A stretch of 18,646 bases of DNA from Amoeboradix gromovi X-113 (Eukaryota; Fungi; Sanchytriomycota), in assembly GCA_018985225.1 (NCBI GenBank), contig JADGIF010000125.1, positions 1 to 18,646 on the forward strand, in the 5' to 3' direction. Each line of letters starts with the position of its first letter. Positions within the stretch are counted from its first letter, which is position 1. Position numbers and translations under genes: made by a program. Shown here in pieces: positions 18,581 to 18,646 of the stretch. The notes under the pieces are model-generated. The model was not told the origin of the DNA and did no database searches. It saw nothing but the letters and a program-made list of their open reading frames with translations.

Positions 18581-18646
18581 TATTTCTTCACCTAGGCAGT
18601 AGGCGAAACTACTTTATCAGTGATCCTTTGTTGCCAACCTGGTCTC

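Noticed and set aside
1-18646. CRISPR array, tRNA or rRNA genes
   Set aside because: No regularly spaced repeats or recognisable structural RNA signatures were seen.

Overview
AT-rich, gene-dense eukaryotic DNA that looks fungal or fungus-related (taxon cannot be fixed from the sequence). The standard code applies: host genes stop at TAA/TGA. Housekeeping genes are RNA polymerase I subunit 2 (RPA135/RPA2), mitochondrial 2Fe-2S ferredoxin (YAH1), a PMP47/SLC25A17-like carrier and coatomer gamma (SEC21). SEC21 appears to be split by a 19-nt GT-AG intron. Accessory genes are a DnaQ-like (EXD1/Egalitarian-type) 3'-5' exonuclease, three tandem secreted Ser/Thr-rich paralogs and a small secreted Cys-rich protein. 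Two families of eukaryotic TnpB/Fanzor (OMEGA) element relics are interspersed. (i) A near-full-length Fanzor1-type pseudogene, plus two stand-alone copies of its 3' end (putative omega-RNA/right end) that bracket the exonuclease gene as direct repeats. (ii) Two internally deleted IS607-type elements (serine-recombinase TnpA HTH fragment plus Fanzor2 C-terminus) that bracket SEC21 as inverted repeats. A small hairpin/MITE-like element at 18496-18580 has a matching half-copy at 43-68. All family calls come from motif recognition by eye, not database searches.
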